Shown in pieces: positions 60,409 to 64,000 of a DNA stretch of 64,000 bases. Position numbers and translations under genes: made by a program. Position 1 is the first letter of the stretch; the number at the start of each line of letters is the position of its first letter. Origin of the DNA: Pristiophorus japonicus. Taxonomy: Eukaryota. The stretch spans positions 41,354,001-41,418,000 of the forward strand of contig NC_091986.1 in assembly GCF_044704955.1 (NCBI RefSeq), written 5' to 3'. The notes under the pieces are model-generated. The model saw nothing but the letters and a program-made list of their open reading frames with translations, did no database searches and was not told where the DNA came from.

Positions 60409-60715
60409 GGTGTCAGCTGTGGTTCCGTGGGTTGCGCTCGCTTCTGAGTTGGAAGATTGTGGGTTCAAGTCACACTCCAGAGACTTGAACACAAAATGTA
60501 GGCTGACACTCCCAGTGCAGTACTAAGGGAGTGGTGCACTGTTGGAGGTGCCATCTTTCAGATGAGATGTTAAACCAAAGCCGTTTGCCCTCTCAGGTGG
60601 ATGTAATACATCTCATGGGCACGATTTCAAAGAGCAGCAGCTCATTTTCTGGCCAACATTTATCCCTCAACCAACATCACTAAAAAAACATGATCTAGTC
60701 ATTAATCTCACTGCT
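60409..60715 (+). mobile_element. tRNA-headed Deu-domain SINE (SacSINE1-like)
   Basis: GGTTCAAGTC B box and CAGTGCAGTACTAAGGGAG..GGAGGTGCCATCTTTCAGATGAGATGTTAAAC core. Confidence 0.75.
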
Positions 60716-61540
60716 TGGCCATGAAGGGATTTGTAAACAAGGATGAGAATTTTGAAATCGACGCATTGCTTAACCGGGAGCCATTGTAGGTCAGTGAGTG
60801 CAGGGGTGATGGGTGAGCAGGACCTGGCGCGAGTTAGGACATGAGCTGCCAAGTTTAGGATGACCTCAAGTTTACGTAGGGTAGAATGTGGCAGGCCAGC
60901 CAGGAGAGCTTTGAAGTAGTCAATTCTAGAGTTAACAAAGGCATGGATGAGGGTTTCAGTAGCAAATGAGCTGAGGCCGGGGCGGAGACGGACAATGTTA
61001 TGGAGGTGGAAATAGGCAGTTTTAGTTATATGGCCGGAAGCTCATTTCGGGGTCAAATATGACGCCTAGGTTGCAAACAGTCTGGTTCAATCTCAGACAG
61101 ATGCTAGGAAGAGGGAAGGAGTCGGTGGCTAGGGAACGCAGTTTGTGATGGGGATCAAATAAAATGGCTCCAGTCTTCCCAATATTTAATTGGAGAACAT
61201 TTCTGCTCATCCAGTACTGGATGTCGGACAAGCAGTCTGACAATTAAGAGACCGTGGAGGGGTCGAGAGAAGTGGTGAGGTAGAGCTAGGTGTCGTCAGT
61301 GTACATGTGGAAACTGACACCATGTTTTCAGATGATGTCGCCAAGGGGCAGCATATAGATGAGAAATAGGAGAACTTTCATTTATATAATGCCTTTAATG
61401 TAGTAAAACATCCCAAGGAGCGTTATCAAACAAAATTTGACACTGAGCCACATAAGGAGATATTAGGACAGGTGGCCAAAAGTTTGGTCAAAGAGGTAGG
61501 TTTAAAGGAGGGTCTTAGAGAGGTAGCAGGTAGAGAGGTG
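60716..61540 (-). mobile_element. L2 ORF2 and 3' end fragments
   Basis: YTDD, CLSDIQYWMSRN.LQLN..KT, NLGVIFD and PITPAL.DL.WLPV remnants. Confidence 0.85.
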
Positions 61541-61939
61541 TTGGTGTGGTGGTGCCGACCTGGTGCACCATGTGCAGCCAGGGTGTACAGCATCAAATGA
61601 AGTAAATCTGGCCATGGTGAGGCCATTCTGGACTCCTGGGCAGCAATGTGGTCAGGTGTTGATGCCCTCTGTCTTGTGCAGCATCATTTGATTGCGGAGA
61701 AGGTTGGTATTGTTGCTGGTGCTGCTGGTGCTGATTGTGGTAGGATTCTGAGGACCATGGTGAGAGAGTATAAAGGGCACCCATGCTGTCAATAGTGAGA
61801 GGTAATGAGATCTGACTTGATGGAGACTGTTGTAAAGTCTTGCAGCATGGTAAATCTGCTGTGGAAATGCAGTGAGGAACAGCGTGTGGCTGAGGGAAGA
61901 TATCTCTGTAAGATGGGAGCTTTTACTTTACATTTGAAG

Positions 61940-62007
61940 CTGTCAACTCAACAGCTGATTCAATGGCCACTGAAATCCCGTCTCAGCTTGACAGACCTGG
62001 TCCATGA
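61940..62007 (+). CDS. Possible terminal coding exon of the deaminase gene (AVNSTADSMATEIPSQLDRPGP*)
   Basis: Acceptor TTTTACTTTACATTTGAAG|, open in phase 1, stop at 62005-62007. A strong donor AAG|GTAAGC follows at 62046. Confidence 0.35.
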
Positions 62008-62279
62008 CCAGTGTGGATCCCGTTGATGAGCTGTCAAATGCAAAAGGTAAGCTGAAAATAATTCTTGGAGGCTCTAAAGATGCCACTAATGACCTGAATT
62101 GGGTCCGTTGCCGCTGTGTGTCGGGTCTGCTCTGCGCTGACAGACCCGACTTTGGGAAATGTGAGTGGTGGCAAATCCACAGTTCCGACCCGCTGCATAG
62201 AAAAAACTTTCCCACCTGTCACATTCCCACCCGTCACCCCCATCCCTCCCCCACGCACACAAAATTCCAACCAGAGTCT

Positions 62280-62835
62280 ACACAATAGAAGTAGGCCATT
62301 AGTATCAACTGGTCCATGCTGCCGTTTATTCTCTACTCATACCTGTCCCCATCTCTCTTCAGCTAATCCAATCAACATATCCTACATGCATATACAGCTT
62401 CCCCTGAAAGACATCCATGCTATTCACCTATTTCACATTCTCACCACTCTCTGTGTAAAGTTTCTCTTGAATTTCCTATTGAATTTATTAGTGACCATCT
62501 TATATTTATGGCCCCTAGTTTAGGTCTCCCCACAAATGGAAACATCTTCTCTATGTCTACCCTATCAAACAGAATTTTAAAGACCTCTATTAGGTTACTC
62601 CTCAGCCTTCTCTTTTCTAGAGAAATGAGACCCAGCCTGTATAGCCTTTCCTGATCATTATAACCTCTGTTCTGGTATCATCTTTGTAAATATTTTTTGC
62701 ACCTTTTCCAGTGCCTCTATATCCTTTTTATAATATGGAAACCAGAACTGTTCACATTACTCTAAGTGTGGTCTAACCAAGATTCGATACAAGTTTAGCA
62801 TAACGTCTTGGCTTTTCAATTCTATCCCTCTCGAA
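62280..62835 (-). mobile_element. CR1 3' fragment, degraded
   Basis: Remnants of LVRPHLE.CEQFW and TQRVVRM on the minus strand. Confidence 0.75.
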
Positions 62836-63104
62836 TCAGACAATCTCCAATTGATGTGCAGAGGCCTGTTATATCACAGGATATCTGTACAATCTATGAT
62901 GGCTTCAAATGCCTGATAAACCTGTTGATAAATGATGTTGCCTTTTAAGGGGGTGCATGCTGAACACATCAGTGCAGACCTTTTGCAGATACAGTGCTTT
63001 AATCATCTTTAACTTAACATGTCACCTCACTGGTGAGGCATTGATAAACAAAGTGAACAAATGCTGGTATGAGACAATGGCTAGATACTGCCGATGGTTG
63101 AAAT

Positions 63105-63243
63105 CTGAAACAAACAGAAAATCCTGGAGGCACTCATCAGGTCAGGCAGCATCTGTGGAGTGAGAAATGGAGTTAACGTTTCAGGTCGATTACCTTTCAT
63201 CAAAACTAGAAAACGTTAGAGATGTAACAGGTTTTAAGCAAGA
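63105..63243 (-). mobile_element. Penelope-like terminal fragment with hammerhead-like motif
   Basis: The reverse complement reads TTGATGA-A-AGGT-AATCG-ACCT-GAAACGTTAAC. Homologous to 1270-1400. Confidence 0.65.
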
Positions 63244-63249
63244 CGCCTC

Positions 63250-63785
63250 CTTCTTGCTTCCACACTAATATGAGTTCTCAGGTGATTGATAAGACCAATG
63301 CGAGATCTATAGTCTCTGTCACAGGTGAGGCAGGTGGTGGTTTAAGGGACGGGTGGGTGGGGTGCTTGGGTTGTCATGCGTTCCTTCCGCTGTTTGCGTT
63401 TGGCTTCCGCGTGCCCCCGCCGAAGAGACTGTAGGTGTTCGGCGTCTTTCCCAATGCTTCCCCTCCACTTTGAGCGGTCTTGGGCCAGGAATTCCCAGGT
63501 GTCAGTGGGGATGTTTCACTTTTTCAAAGAGGCTTTGAGAGTGTCCTCTGCGTTTCCTCTGCCCACCTGGGACTCGTTTGCCGTGTCGGAGCTCTGAGTA
63601 GAGCGCTTGTTTTAGGAGTCTAGTATCGGGCATCGGAGCTGATCGAGCGTGGTCACTGTTTCGATGCTGGGGATGTTGGCCTGAGCGAGAACACGGACAT
63701 GGTCCATGTCTCTGAAGCATATAGGAGGGCGGGTATCACTACTGCTCTGTCGACCATGAGCTTGGTGCCAGGTTTGAGATCCTTG
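63250..63785 (-). mobile_element. RTE 3' fragment, degraded
   Basis: MPDTRLLKQALYSELRHGKR.PGGQRKR remnant. Confidence 0.8.
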
Positions 63786-64000
63786 GCCCCTCGATGCTTC
63801 TCCGCCATTCAATAAGATCATGGCTGATCTGATCTTGGGCTCAGCTCCATTTGCCTGCCCATTCCCCATAACCCTTCACTCCCTTATTGCTCAAAAATCT
63901 ATCTCCACCTTTATTATATTCAATGACCCAGCCTCCACAGCTCTCTGGGGCAGAGAATTCCACAGATTTACAACCCTCTGAGAGAAGAAATTCCTCCTCA
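63786..64000 (-). mobile_element. CR1 3' end fragment
   Basis: Reverse complement of RNFFSQRVVNLWNSLP plus 3' UTR. Confidence 0.85.

Overview
Repeat-dominated vertebrate genomic DNA, most consistent with a cartilaginous fish (shark). This is inferred from the repeat mix: CR1 and L2 LINEs, RTE LINEs with (CAT)n tails, Deu-domain tRNA SINEs, Penelope ends, PIF/Harbinger elements and short-LTR Mag-type Ty3/Gypsy elements. There is one 200-N assembly gap (4591-4790). The centre of the window (20044-49141) is a single 29-kb nested insertion that can be resolved from target-site duplications (TSDs). A CR1 tail was split by an internally deleted Harbinger element of about 1.7 kb. That element received two Gypsy elements, which in turn hold three more Gypsy copies, two CR1s, a composite RTE-tailed retroposon and a MITE. 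The only convincing host coding sequence is an intact, divergent AID/APOBEC-family zinc-dependent cytidine deaminase exon (58647-59248, HAE...SYNPCxxC), with plausible small flanking exons. It resembles the poorly characterised NAD1-type/APOBEC1-like deaminases more than AID or APOBEC2. Other notable items are a near-intact full-length CR1 whose 5' UTR is an array of 80-bp TATA-box monomers, a chimeric retroposon, a templated filler insertion and decayed Penelope hammerhead motifs. All family assignments come from motif recognition; no database searches were run.
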